The notes below the pieces were generated by a model that saw only the letters and a program-made list of their open reading frames with translations, searched no databases and had not been told where the DNA came from. A stretch of DNA of 64,000 nucleotides from Candidatus Zhuqueibacterota bacterium. GTDB lineage: Bacteria > Zhuqueibacterota > Zhuqueibacteria > Thermofontimicrobiales > Thermofontimicrobiaceae. Location of the stretch: positions 103,971-167,970 of the forward strand of contig JBMOPW010000016.1 in NCBI GenBank assembly GCA_049322915.1, written 5' to 3'. The translations under genes were made by a program, and so were the position numbers. Shown here piece after piece: positions 1 through 7,822 of the stretch (positions are counted from its first letter, which is position 1; each line of letters starts with the position of its first letter).

Positions 1-437
1 TGAATCTGACAGAGCAGTTCGCCATCTTCTTCGTTCGTTATGCTCGTCCCGGACGTCTGAGCAATTGAAATCTCAGGCAATTTTGCAATGTTCGACAGGA
101 AGAGCTCTTTGGAAAACTGCTCCACAGCGTGATGCCATTGAAGGAAAATGAGGCCGGGATCGAACAGGTCAATCTCCTGAACCAGCACATCAGGAATATC
201 CAGCTTTTGCAGGGCTGTCAATCGGTTGGCGCCGTCAAGAAGGATGTGTTTGGTTGTCCCGGCATGGGTGGCGACAACCGGGGGATTTTTCAATCTGTTC
301 TCTTTCCGAAGATATTCGACGAGTCGTGCGGATCGCTCGGTGTCCGGCTCTTCATGAAAAATGATGTCTGAAATGGGGAGAATTTTGAGCTTTGGCAATT
401 CGCCGATTTTGAGCAGCTTATCATTTTTTAAATCCAC
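1..437 (-). CDS. ParB/Srx-fold protein, SbnI/SerK-like free L-serine kinase (3' end beyond window)
   Basis: Not in ORF track. Hand translation from GTG at 437 (RBS AAGGAGG just upstream): MDLKNDKLLKIGELPKLKILPISDIIFHEEPDTERSARLVEYLRKENRLKNPPVVATHAGTTKHILLDGANRLTALQKLDIPDVLVQEIDLFDPGLIFLQWHHAV... open to base 1. The LK-P--I--HE, P--V, DGxxR, VQEI and W-H pattern matches SbnI as I recall it. Confidence 0.75.
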   Translation of the reverse strand, partial: MDLKNDKLLKIGELPKLKILPISDIIFHEEPDTERSARLVEYLRKENRLKNPPVVATHAGTTKHILLDGANRLTALQKLDIPDVLVQEIDLFDPGLIFLQWHHAVEQFSKELFLSNIAKLPEISIAQTSGTSITNEEDGELLCQI

Positions 438-564
438 GTAGCCTCCTTGATGTCTGATGAGTTTGTTAGACCATGCAGTTATTCCGTACATCTTTCTGGT
501 TCTGATTTCACGGTAATGTGCAGTTGAATTTCCACGCTTCGATGCGCCGGGTTTGGCATAGAAT

Positions 565-597
565 AAAAAACCCACTTTATGAGTCGATAAAGTGGGT
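565..597 (-). terminator. Intrinsic terminator of proximal Trp attenuator
   Basis: Minus strand ACCCACTTTAT-CGACTC-ATAAAGTGGGT followed by TTTTT; perfect 11-bp stem. Confidence 0.9.
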
Positions 598-623
598 CGG
601 ATTCGGCTTAAATATTCCTTGAG

Positions 624-734
624 CTACACATCGAATTTGAGCAAATCCGCCACACCAATGGGTACACGCCACCAGCACCAATTGGAAATTGTCGACATAA
701 AACCAAGTAACTTTGTGACGATAAATTTGCTCAT
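624..734 (-). CDS. trpL: Trp-rich leader peptide (TrpL-like) MSKFIVTKLLGFMSTISNWCWWRVPIGVADLLKFDV
   Basis: ATG at 734 with AGGA RBS; TGG codons at 680-678, 674-672 and 671-669 (WCWWR); followed by antiterminator/terminator alternatives. Confidence 0.8.
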   Translation of the reverse strand: MSKFIVTKLLGFMSTISNWCWWRVPIGVADLLKFDV

Positions 735-764
735 GCGTAAATGTCCTGATTTAAAGTTTTTGTC

Positions 765-792
765 AATATACACAAAAATAATTCATTGTCAA
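765..792 (-). promoter_or_regulatory. Sigma70-type promoter TTGACA-N16-TATATT upstream of proximal leader
   Basis: Motif read directly; about 30 nt upstream of the leader ATG. Confidence 0.6.
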
Positions 793-874
793 GATAAATT
801 ATAGTAAATTTCAAACCGGAGGTGAAATGAGAATATCGATGATGTCCGGTTTGGATTCAGTATTCCCGATGAAA

Positions 875-902
875 TAAAAAACCCACTTGTGATAAGTGGG
901 TT
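875..902 (-). terminator. Intrinsic terminator of distal Trp attenuator
   Basis: Minus strand AACCCACTT-ATCAC-AAGTGGGTT followed by TTTT; same stem core as 565-597. Confidence 0.85.
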
Positions 903-928
903 GGAATTGCAAAGTTACCGTCGATGGA

Positions 929-1024
929 TCAGCGACATATTTCCGCCCCACAGATAATAATACGCCAGCGCCACTGGGCGCTGATGATTGCGTTCGTACG
1001 ATGTAATAAAGTGGAGCGAGCCAT
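929..1024 (-). CDS. Second Trp leader peptide MARSTLLHRTNAIISAQWRWRIIICGAEICR
   Basis: ATG at 1024; TGG codons at 973-971 and 967-965 (WRWR); followed by a homologous antiterminator/terminator; weak RBS (GGGG). Confidence 0.65.
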   Translation of the reverse strand: MARSTLLHRTNAIISAQWRWRIIICGAEICR

Positions 1025-1058
1025 TCGAAACCCCAATTGGTTTGATTTGACGAATTAA

Positions 1059-1158
1059 CCCTACTACGTCACTTAGAATTATTAGCACAATATATCGTAT
1101 TTTCTGGCAACTTAACATAAAATATATTGTGCAGAACTTGCTAAATGACGGAGTAGGG
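1059..1158. mobile_element. MITE-A, 100 bp, 13-bp terminal IR CCCTACTACGTCA, TTAA target duplication
   Basis: TTAA at 1055-58 and 1159-62; IR 12/13 match; three other 100-bp copies in the window. Confidence 0.85.
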
Positions 1159-1488
1159 TTAATTGCCAAGCACTTTATCAAGTTTCGATTTGATGTTTTG
1201 TTTAGGAACTGCGCCGACGATCTGTTCCACCACTTTTCCGCCTTTGAAAATCAGTAGCGTGGGGATGCTTCGAATGCCGTATTTAATGGCAACACTCTGG
1301 TTTCGATCCACATCGCATTTGGCCATTTTCACTTTACCGTCATAATCCTTTGAAAGCTCTTCAACGATCGGGGCGATCATCTTGCAGGGACCGCACCAGA
1401 CTGCCCAGAAATCAATCAAGACCGGCGTATCGGATTTAATAACTTCACTTTCAAAATTAGCTTCCGTAATCGTGACTAAATTGCTCAT
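1159..1488 (-). CDS. trxA: Thioredoxin
   Basis: WCGPC active site; 109 aa from ATG 1488. The ORF-track N-terminal extension is spurious. Confidence 0.97.
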   Translation of the reverse strand: MSNLVTITEANFESEVIKSDTPVLIDFWAVWCGPCKMIAPIVEELSKDYDGKVKMAKCDVDRNQSVAIKYGIRSIPTLLIFKGGKVVEQIVGAVPKQNIKSKLDKVLGN

Positions 1489-1691
1489 TGTCCAACCTCT
1501 TCCCGTTTGTTCATCCAAGTCAAAAAAATTGTGGCTAAAGATAAAAATAATCCAGTAAAATTGCAAGCAGAATTTTTTCGCCCGGGAAAATTGTCGGCGA
1601 CGTACGACGTCACCGCTTGCCGAACCTTCATCCCTGCAAATTCTGCGTTCCAGCCGTGTTCCGGAATGACCCCCCTGTCGCCGGGAATGCA

Positions 1692-3443
1692 TTAAATATT
1701 GAGCAGCTTTTTGATCCTTTTTACTTCGGTCATGGCCAGCGCCTGTTCGGCCAATGCCTCGGCTTCCTGCGCGGTGATGGAGCGGATGTACCGCTTCAAT
1801 TGCGGAATGAAGTAGGAGCTCATGCTCAGATTGCGATAGCCGAGTCCGATCAGCAGTTTGGTGTATTTGATGTCCCCGGCCATTTCCCCGCATATGCTGA
1901 TTTCTTTCCCGGCTCGCTTCGCTGCGAAAACCAGGTTTTTCAGCAGAATTAAAATGGATGGATGCAGCGGCTCATAAATTTTACTGACCTGCGCGTTGCC
2001 CCGGTCCACGGCCAGAGTGTACTGGATCAGATCGTTGGTGCCGATGCTGACGAAATCCACCTCCCGGTAAATGGCATCGATGACCAGCGCCGCTGAAGGA
2101 ATTTCGATCATGGCGCCGATGGGCATATCGCACTGGTGCTGTTTCCCCTCTTCCTGCAGTTCCTTTTTCGATTGGTTCAATAGTATTTTGACCTGTTTGA
2201 TTTCCTCGATGCTGGCAATCATGGGGAGTAAAATTTTGGCGGAGCCATGGACGCCAGCCCGGAGAATGGCCCGGAGTTGCTGTTTGAAAATTTCCGGCTG
2301 CTGCAGCGAGAGCCTGATGGCGCGCAAACCTAAATAAGGATTATGTTCGCTGAAGCGATGATCGCTTTTGTAGAATTGAGTCAGCTTATCCCCGCCCAGA
2401 TCCATGGTTCGAATGGTCACCGGCAGGGGATTCATTTTTTCGACGACGGTGCGGTAATGTTCGTATTGCTCATCTTCCGATGGGTAATCGTGCCGATCGA
2501 TAAAATGCATTTCGGTGCGATACAGACCAATGCCCGAGGCGAGAAAGGTGCGCGCTAATTCGATGTCTTCTTCGGAGCGGATATTGGCCAAAAAATTGAT
2601 CGTGTGTCCGTCTTTGGTGACCGAAGGAAGTCCGACCGCTTTTTTCTCGCGCTGTTTCTTTTCCCGCTGCTCCTTTATCGAGGCTTTGTACGACTGTAAT
2701 TTTTTAACACTGGGATTGATCGTCACTTCGCCGGTATTGCCATTCAAAAAAATGGGCATGGAAAGTTCCACATTCGATACCAGATTCGGAATGCCGGTGA
2801 CAAGCGGAATGCCGAGAGAGCGCGCTAAAATGGCGGCATGTGAGGTTAATCCCCCTTTCTCCGAGACGATCCCCTTGATGTGATTGGAATTGATATTGGC
2901 AGTTTGGGACGGCGTGAGTTCCGTGGCCACGATGATGAGGTCCATTCCTTCGAGCAGGCACTGCTGGCTGGACCCGATGAGGTTATCCAGAATTCGATGC
3001 CCCACATCGCGAATGTCCTGAATTCGTTCTTTGAGATAGCTGTCCTGGGTGGAAGAAAAAGTCAGGATCGATTCCTGCAGCACATCTTCCACGGCAGCCT
3101 CGACGTTGATGAGCTCTTCGACCAGTCTTTTTTGAATCTGCGCCATGAAGACCGGGTCATTTAAAAACAGGAGATGCGCGTCGAAAATGGCGCCCTCTTT
3201 GTGCCCGATTCGCTCCGTGATGTTCGCCCGAATTTCTTTGAGTTGCACGCGCGAAACCTCGATTGCCTGAGACAACCGGCCCAATTCTTCAGCGACCTGG
3301 GTGAATCGAATTGTCCGCCGCGTCACTTTGGGCGCGCTCCCAAAAATGCACGCCCGACCCCATGCTATTCCCGGCGAAATTGGGATGCCGAAAAAGGTGG
3401 ATACTTTTTTTACCATATCGCTCGATTTCCGATTATTTGACAA
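1692..3443 (-). CDS. ptsI: PTS enzyme I (PEP-protein phosphotransferase)
   Basis: GGLTSHAAILAR phospho-His motif, GIGLYRTE, IRTMDLGGDK, SIGTNDLIQY, CGEMAG; no GAF domain; alternative start at 3416. Confidence 0.95.
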   Translation of the reverse strand: MSNNRKSSDMVKKVSTFFGIPISPGIAWGRACIFGSAPKVTRRTIRFTQVAEELGRLSQAIEVSRVQLKEIRANITERIGHKEGAIFDAHLLFLNDPVFMAQIQKRLVEELINVEAAVEDVLQESILTFSSTQDSYLKERIQDIRDVGHRILDNLIGSSQQCLLEGMDLIIVATELTPSQTANINSNHIKGIVSEKGGLTSHAAILARSLGIPLVTGIPNLVSNVELSMPIFLNGNTGEVTINPSVKKLQSYKASIKEQREKKQREKKAVGLPSVTKDGHTINFLANIRSEEDIELARTFLASGIGLYRTEMHFIDRHDYPSEDEQYEHYRTVVEKMNPLPVTIRTMDLGGDKLTQFYKSDHRFSEHNPYLGLRAIRLSLQQPEIFKQQLRAILRAGVHGSAKILLPMIASIEEIKQVKILLNQSKKELQEEGKQHQCDMPIGAMIEIPSAALVIDAIYREVDFVSIGTNDLIQYTLAVDRGNAQVSKIYEPLHPSILILLKNLVFAAKRAGKEISICGEMAGDIKYTKLLIGLGYRNLSMSSYFIPQLKRYIRSITAQEAEALAEQALAMTEVKRIKKLLNI

Positions 3444-6384
3444 GTGCTAACTTTCGAGTGCAGGAGAATGATTCGGTTTTCAGCCGATACAAATACACGC
3501 CGGAGGCGACGCTGTTGCCGGCGCTGTCATTTCCATCCCAGGTGAGAGCATGGTGTCCGGCGACCATGCGTCCTTGCGCCAGTGTGGCTATTTTTTGACC
3601 GCGCAGATTGAAAATGCTCAATTCCACTTCGACCGGCTGAGACAGTTGAAAATGGATCTGCGTGGTCGGATTGAATGGATTGGGGTAATTCTGACTCAAT
3701 TGAAAGACAGTCGGCGCTGCAACCGTCGCGGCCGATTTCACCTCTGTTGCGCCGGACGTCCAGTTCAATATTTTCGATAACAAGGTCTGCGCAGTCTCCG
3801 GGTAAGGCCCGGAAATGCCTTCGAATCCAAACGCTAAATAGACGATGCGGTAATTGGCTGCGTCGTCCATGTAATGGATGGCTGCCGGCGACATCTGCGG
3901 AATGTATTTCAAAAACGTCGCTGCGCCCTGAATCGGCTGAATGCCATCCAGGGAGGTCTGATTGCCGGCGCCCCCGATATTCGATTCCATATACACGAAA
4001 AGTTTATCGCCGATGGGATCGCCGGCCACCCCCAACATTTTATTCGATTTCACCGTGTCGGAGACGAATGTCGCATGAAGGTAATTTGTGAAAAACAGGG
4101 AATCTTCCGGCGTCCCGTCGCCCATTAAATCGTAGCCGATGTTTTGACCGGATAAAATCAACCGACCGCCGGCGTCGAGATACCGGCTGATCTGCTGTTG
4201 TTCTTCCGGGGTCAAACTCGTCGTGCGGTCATCCCCGGTGAACCAGATCACGGTGGTGTATTGTTGCAGCGTCTCAGCAGTCGGAATGCCCAGGGCGTGG
4301 ACATCCCAGGTATCGGTGTAAACTTTGGCCAACGAGATGGGTTGATGAAAAAACGTTTCATACGAGTCGGCATTGTCGTCATCCACGAGCAGGGTGTTTG
4401 GGGCGCCGATTTTCACGTCGAATTTTTCCTCAGTCGAGTAGCCGTCTTCACCCCGTAACTCAAGTTCGAACGTTGCCAGATGGCCAATGCTTGCTTCATT
4501 GACAGAAAACGAGAACGGAATTGACAACGCCGATTGCAAATGCCCGAAACTTATGTCAGCGTATTGAACCGTAGCGAATTCAGCCGGGATAGCAATGTCC
4601 GAATCCAGCGTGGTCAGATGGGCACTAAAATTCCGGATAGGCACGCCCTCGTTGCTGATCAAAACACACAGCCGAACCGTTTCTCCCGGTTCAGCCAGGC
4701 CATTGCCATTCTCCAGCGAATCGACCACTTCATGCTTGAAATATTTTAACATGGGCGTGTTAACGAGCGTAGTCTGTTTCAGAATCCAACTATCTTTGTC
4801 CAATTGCATCGCTTCAACGGAGTCCGGAAAGATGAATTCAAATGTGTGGCTGGCCGACTCCACCGTCCTGACACATGTGGTTTCAGTCGCCGCCGTTGTA
4901 AAATACAGGTCCAGGGGCATGCGGAATAACGATGCGTCCGTCTGAATCTGATCGACGAATACGCTGACCTGATATTCGCCGGTCTCGGTTTTTTCCTGGC
5001 TCCAGCCATGCCGATAATGGGGATAATTTGGCTCATAGACCCATTGATGAAAGAACCAGTCCAGCGACGCCCCGTGCACCTGCTCGAATGCAGCCTGTAA
5101 ATCTTCAGTGGTGGCCGAAGAATAATCGAAACGATTCCGGTATTCCTGCAGGCCTTTCCAGAAATTTTCGTCCCCCACGACGTGGCGAAGCATGTGCAAC
5201 ACCCACGCGCCCTTGTTGTACACGATGTAGCCGTACACAATATCCGGATCGCTGATGTCGTGGCGGTACATGATGCCTTTCAATCCCAGGGCATTATTCT
5301 CATTGATCATGTAGCTGAAATAGCGCTCCTGGCCCTGAACATGGCCGTAATACAGGGCTTCGGAAAATACAGCAAAACCTTCGCTGATCCACGTGTGATG
5401 AAAATCTTTGGGAGTGATGCAATCGCCCCACCACTGGTGCGCCAACTCGTGGAGAAAAACCGATTCATAGGATTGATCGCCCAGGACCATGTACGGCTTA
5501 ACGCAGGTCAATGTCTGGTATTCCATGCCGCCCCAGTAACCGACGTACTCGGCCACACTGTATTTTTCATTCGGATAGGGATAGTCGCCGTAGTAGGAAG
5601 AGAGAATTTCAATCATCGAATTGGTGTTGCCGAAATCGTTCAATGCGTTGTTATAATGCTCAGGCAGGACAAAGTGCATGATATCCAGCGTGTCGTTCTG
5701 AGCGTTGATGTATGTGTCTTCAATGATCTGATAGTTCGTCGCTGTAAACGCGACAAGGTAGGTGGCAATTGGATTTCGCACCTGCCAGTGGAATGTCATT
5801 GTACCATCTTTATTGTCGATCTGTTCGATGAGCGCGCCGTTGGACGCAGCGACCAGGTTGGCCGGAACTGTGATGGAGATGTCCAGGGACTGGGGTTTAT
5901 CATCCGGCCGGTCTTTGCACGGCCACCAACAGCGGGCATAAAAGGGACAGCTCTCACTGGAGATGACGACCGGGCTGCGGCTTCGGTCAAAGGTCATGGG
6001 ATTGAAATTCGTCCCGGAGGATGGGTGTCCGTTGTAGAAAACGGTTACGGAAATGACTTCGCTGCGGGCGTAGACTCTATCTAATTGGATGAACAGGGAA
6101 TTGTCCGTGTGAGTGAAATTCGAGCCATTGCCGGCAACAGCAGTCACAGTCATGTTGTTGTATAAATCGAGAGTGAGTTGCGCAAGATTATCCGCCAGGC
6201 TCATCGCCTGGACGGTGACCGCGCCGGTGATTGTTTCATCATCCGGGTTTACTGCGATGTTGAGCTCGTAATATAAAACGTCGAAGTCATCCTGGTTTGA
6301 GACCATGGCATTGGTCTGGGCAGAAGAAAAAGCCAACGCCAAAAGACAAAGAGAACAGACGATTCGAATATTTGAAAAATTCAT
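3433..6384 (-). CDS. Secreted M1-family aminopeptidase with C-terminal FlgD-Ig/T9SS-like domain
   Basis: Signal peptide, GGMEY, HELAHQWWG...E, C-terminal LSQNYPNPFNP...WDG...SGVYLYRL; start ATG 6384 after GGGAGG. Confidence 0.9.
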   Translation of the reverse strand: MNFSNIRIVCSLCLLALAFSSAQTNAMVSNQDDFDVLYYELNIAVNPDDETITGAVTVQAMSLADNLAQLTLDLYNNMTVTAVAGNGSNFTHTDNSLFIQLDRVYARSEVISVTVFYNGHPSSGTNFNPMTFDRSRSPVVISSESCPFYARCWWPCKDRPDDKPQSLDISITVPANLVAASNGALIEQIDNKDGTMTFHWQVRNPIATYLVAFTATNYQIIEDTYINAQNDTLDIMHFVLPEHYNNALNDFGNTNSMIEILSSYYGDYPYPNEKYSVAEYVGYWGGMEYQTLTCVKPYMVLGDQSYESVFLHELAHQWWGDCITPKDFHHTWISEGFAVFSEALYYGHVQGQERYFSYMINENNALGLKGIMYRHDISDPDIVYGYIVYNKGAWVLHMLRHVVGDENFWKGLQEYRNRFDYSSATTEDLQAAFEQVHGASLDWFFHQWVYEPNYPHYRHGWSQEKTETGEYQVSVFVDQIQTDASLFRMPLDLYFTTAATETTCVRTVESASHTFEFIFPDSVEAMQLDKDSWILKQTTLVNTPMLKYFKHEVVDSLENGNGLAEPGETVRLCVLISNEGVPIRNFSAHLTTLDSDIAIPAEFATVQYADISFGHLQSALSIPFSFSVNEASIGHLATFELELRGEDGYSTEEKFDVKIGAPNTLLVDDDNADSYETFFHQPISLAKVYTDTWDVHALGIPTAETLQQYTTVIWFTGDDRTTSLTPEEQQQISRYLDAGGRLILSGQNIGYDLMGDGTPEDSLFFTNYLHATFVSDTVKSNKMLGVAGDPIGDKLFVYMESNIGGAGNQTSLDGIQPIQGAATFLKYIPQMSPAAIHYMDDAANYRIVYLAFGFEGISGPYPETAQTLLSKILNWTSGATEVKSAATVAAPTVFQLSQNYPNPFNPTTQIHFQLSQPVEVELSIFNLRGQKIATLAQGRMVAGHHALTWDGNDSAGNSVASGVYLYRLKTESFSCTRKLALVK

Positions 6385-6424
6385 CTCTGATCCTCCCTGG
6401 AAATAAGCAATTAAAATTTTTGAT

Positions 6425-6453
6425 AATATAAAGAAAATATTTAAAGATGTCAA
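6425..6453 (-). promoter_or_regulatory. Promoter TTGACA-N17-TATATT
   Basis: Motif upstream of the M1 peptidase start. Confidence 0.65.
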
Positions 6454-6672
6454 GGGAAAGAATTTTTCAGGGACCGGGTATGGCATTGAGAACAATCAAT
6501 GGGTTATCTCCGGAACTAAACATGAGTCGTGAGGGTTTAAATTTCACGTTGTTCATCAATCCGCCATGAATGGAGGATGAGTCAGAGGTCAGATTCGCTC
6601 CGCTTCGAAGAGCGGAGCTTTCGTTGCATGATACGCATTACCGGGCGTCGGCCCGTACCATCAGGAGTAAGT

Positions 6673-7611
6673 ATGAACAAGAGATTGCTTTTCACCACGA
6701 CGCTTTTATTGCTGTTATTATTCTCAATTGTCAATTCTCACGCCTCTTCACCGGGCACAGCCGGCTTTGAGTTTTTAAGAACCCACATCGGCGCCAGGCC
6801 ATCGGCCATGGGCGGCGCTTACGTCTCGCTCTCCGGCGATATTTATTCCATGTATTTCAATCCGGCTGGATTGGCTGGTATATCGGGACGCATGGCAACG
6901 GCGACCTACCTCAACCACGTGCTGGATTTCCAGTCCGGGTTTGCCGCCTACACCCAATCGCTGAAGAACATCGGGCAGGTGGCGCTTGGATTCAATTACA
7001 TGAACTATGGCGACTTTGATGAGACGACCGCCGCCGGTGAAAAAGTGGGCAGCTTCAGCGCCGGCAGTCTTGCCGTGATGGGTTCGGTGGGTCGCGTCAT
7101 CAATGACCAAATCAAAGTGGGCGCCTCGGTCAAATTTATTCGCTCCACAATTGACACGTACAGTTCCAATGCAGTTGCGCTGGATGCCGGGGCCATCTAC
7201 CATGTTCCGTTTGTGGAGGGATTGAACGTCGGCGTCGGCATTTTCAATGTCGGCCAGGCTATCACCGCGTTCGTGGATGAAAAGGACAACCTGCCCATGA
7301 ATTTTGTCATCGGCGCATCCAAATCCCTGGCCCATCTGCCGCTGATGTGGAGCGTGAGTGTCAATAAATATATCGACGATGATGTTCGCGTGAATGTCGG
7401 CGCGGAGTTCACGATGGCAGAGGGCTTTTATCTGCGGCTTGGCTATAATTCGCTGGGGAGCGATCAGAAAGTGGGAGCGGACAGCGATCAGTTTGCCGGC
7501 GTCTCATTCGGCCTGGGTATGGACTGGCGGCAGTACGAGCTTGATTATGCCGTATCTTCGTTTGGGGCCATCGGCTATCTGAATCGGTTGAGCTTCACCT
7601 ATGCCTTCTGA
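6673..7611 (+). CDS. UPF0164/PorV-PorQ-like outer-membrane beta-barrel protein
   Basis: Signal peptide, FL..IGARPSAMGGA, YFNPAGL, C-terminal Phe; ATG 6673 after AGGAG. Confidence 0.85.
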   Translation: MNKRLLFTTTLLLLLLFSIVNSHASSPGTAGFEFLRTHIGARPSAMGGAYVSLSGDIYSMYFNPAGLAGISGRMATATYLNHVLDFQSGFAAYTQSLKNIGQVALGFNYMNYGDFDETTAAGEKVGSFSAGSLAVMGSVGRVINDQIKVGASVKFIRSTIDTYSSNAVALDAGAIYHVPFVEGLNVGVGIFNVGQAITAFVDEKDNLPMNFVIGASKSLAHLPLMWSVSVNKYIDDDVRVNVGAEFTMAEGFYLRLGYNSLGSDQKVGADSDQFAGVSFGLGMDWRQYELDYAVSSFGAIGYLNRLSFTYAF

Positions 7612-7736
7612 CGATTCATGGAAATAGCCTTCCCGATGCTGTTTTTATCTAACAGACCGCATCTGTCCCGGTCGATTCTGCGGAACATGGGGCTGATTTT
7701 CACCGGCCCGAATTGAACATGATTGAAATCCAACCT

Positions 7737-7777
7737 GGCACGGTCAGCCTTCTCGTCGACCGTGCTGTTTTGTTTTT
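7737..7777 (+). terminator. Probable intrinsic terminator
   Basis: GCACGGTC...GACCGTGC followed by TGTTTTGTTTTT. Confidence 0.55.
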
Positions 7778-7822
7778 AAAGAAAAACGCTTCGATTGTCT
7801 GCTAACATTTTAATGACTTTTT

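Noticed and set aside
129..1181. ORF-track ORFs 129-371(+), 592-804(+) and 915-1181(-)
   Set aside because: They are antisense or off-frame to the kinase gene, the leaders and MITE-A, with no recognisable motifs.
1489..1893. Apparent 135-aa N-terminal extension of thioredoxin
   Set aside because: It overlaps ptsI in another frame; the real start with RBS is at 1488.
5182..6084. Long antisense ORFs (also 8465-9301, 17946-18743, 27768-28676, 41896-42696, 44275-45072, 51206-52057)
   Set aside because: They are shadow frames of well-supported genes on the opposite strand.
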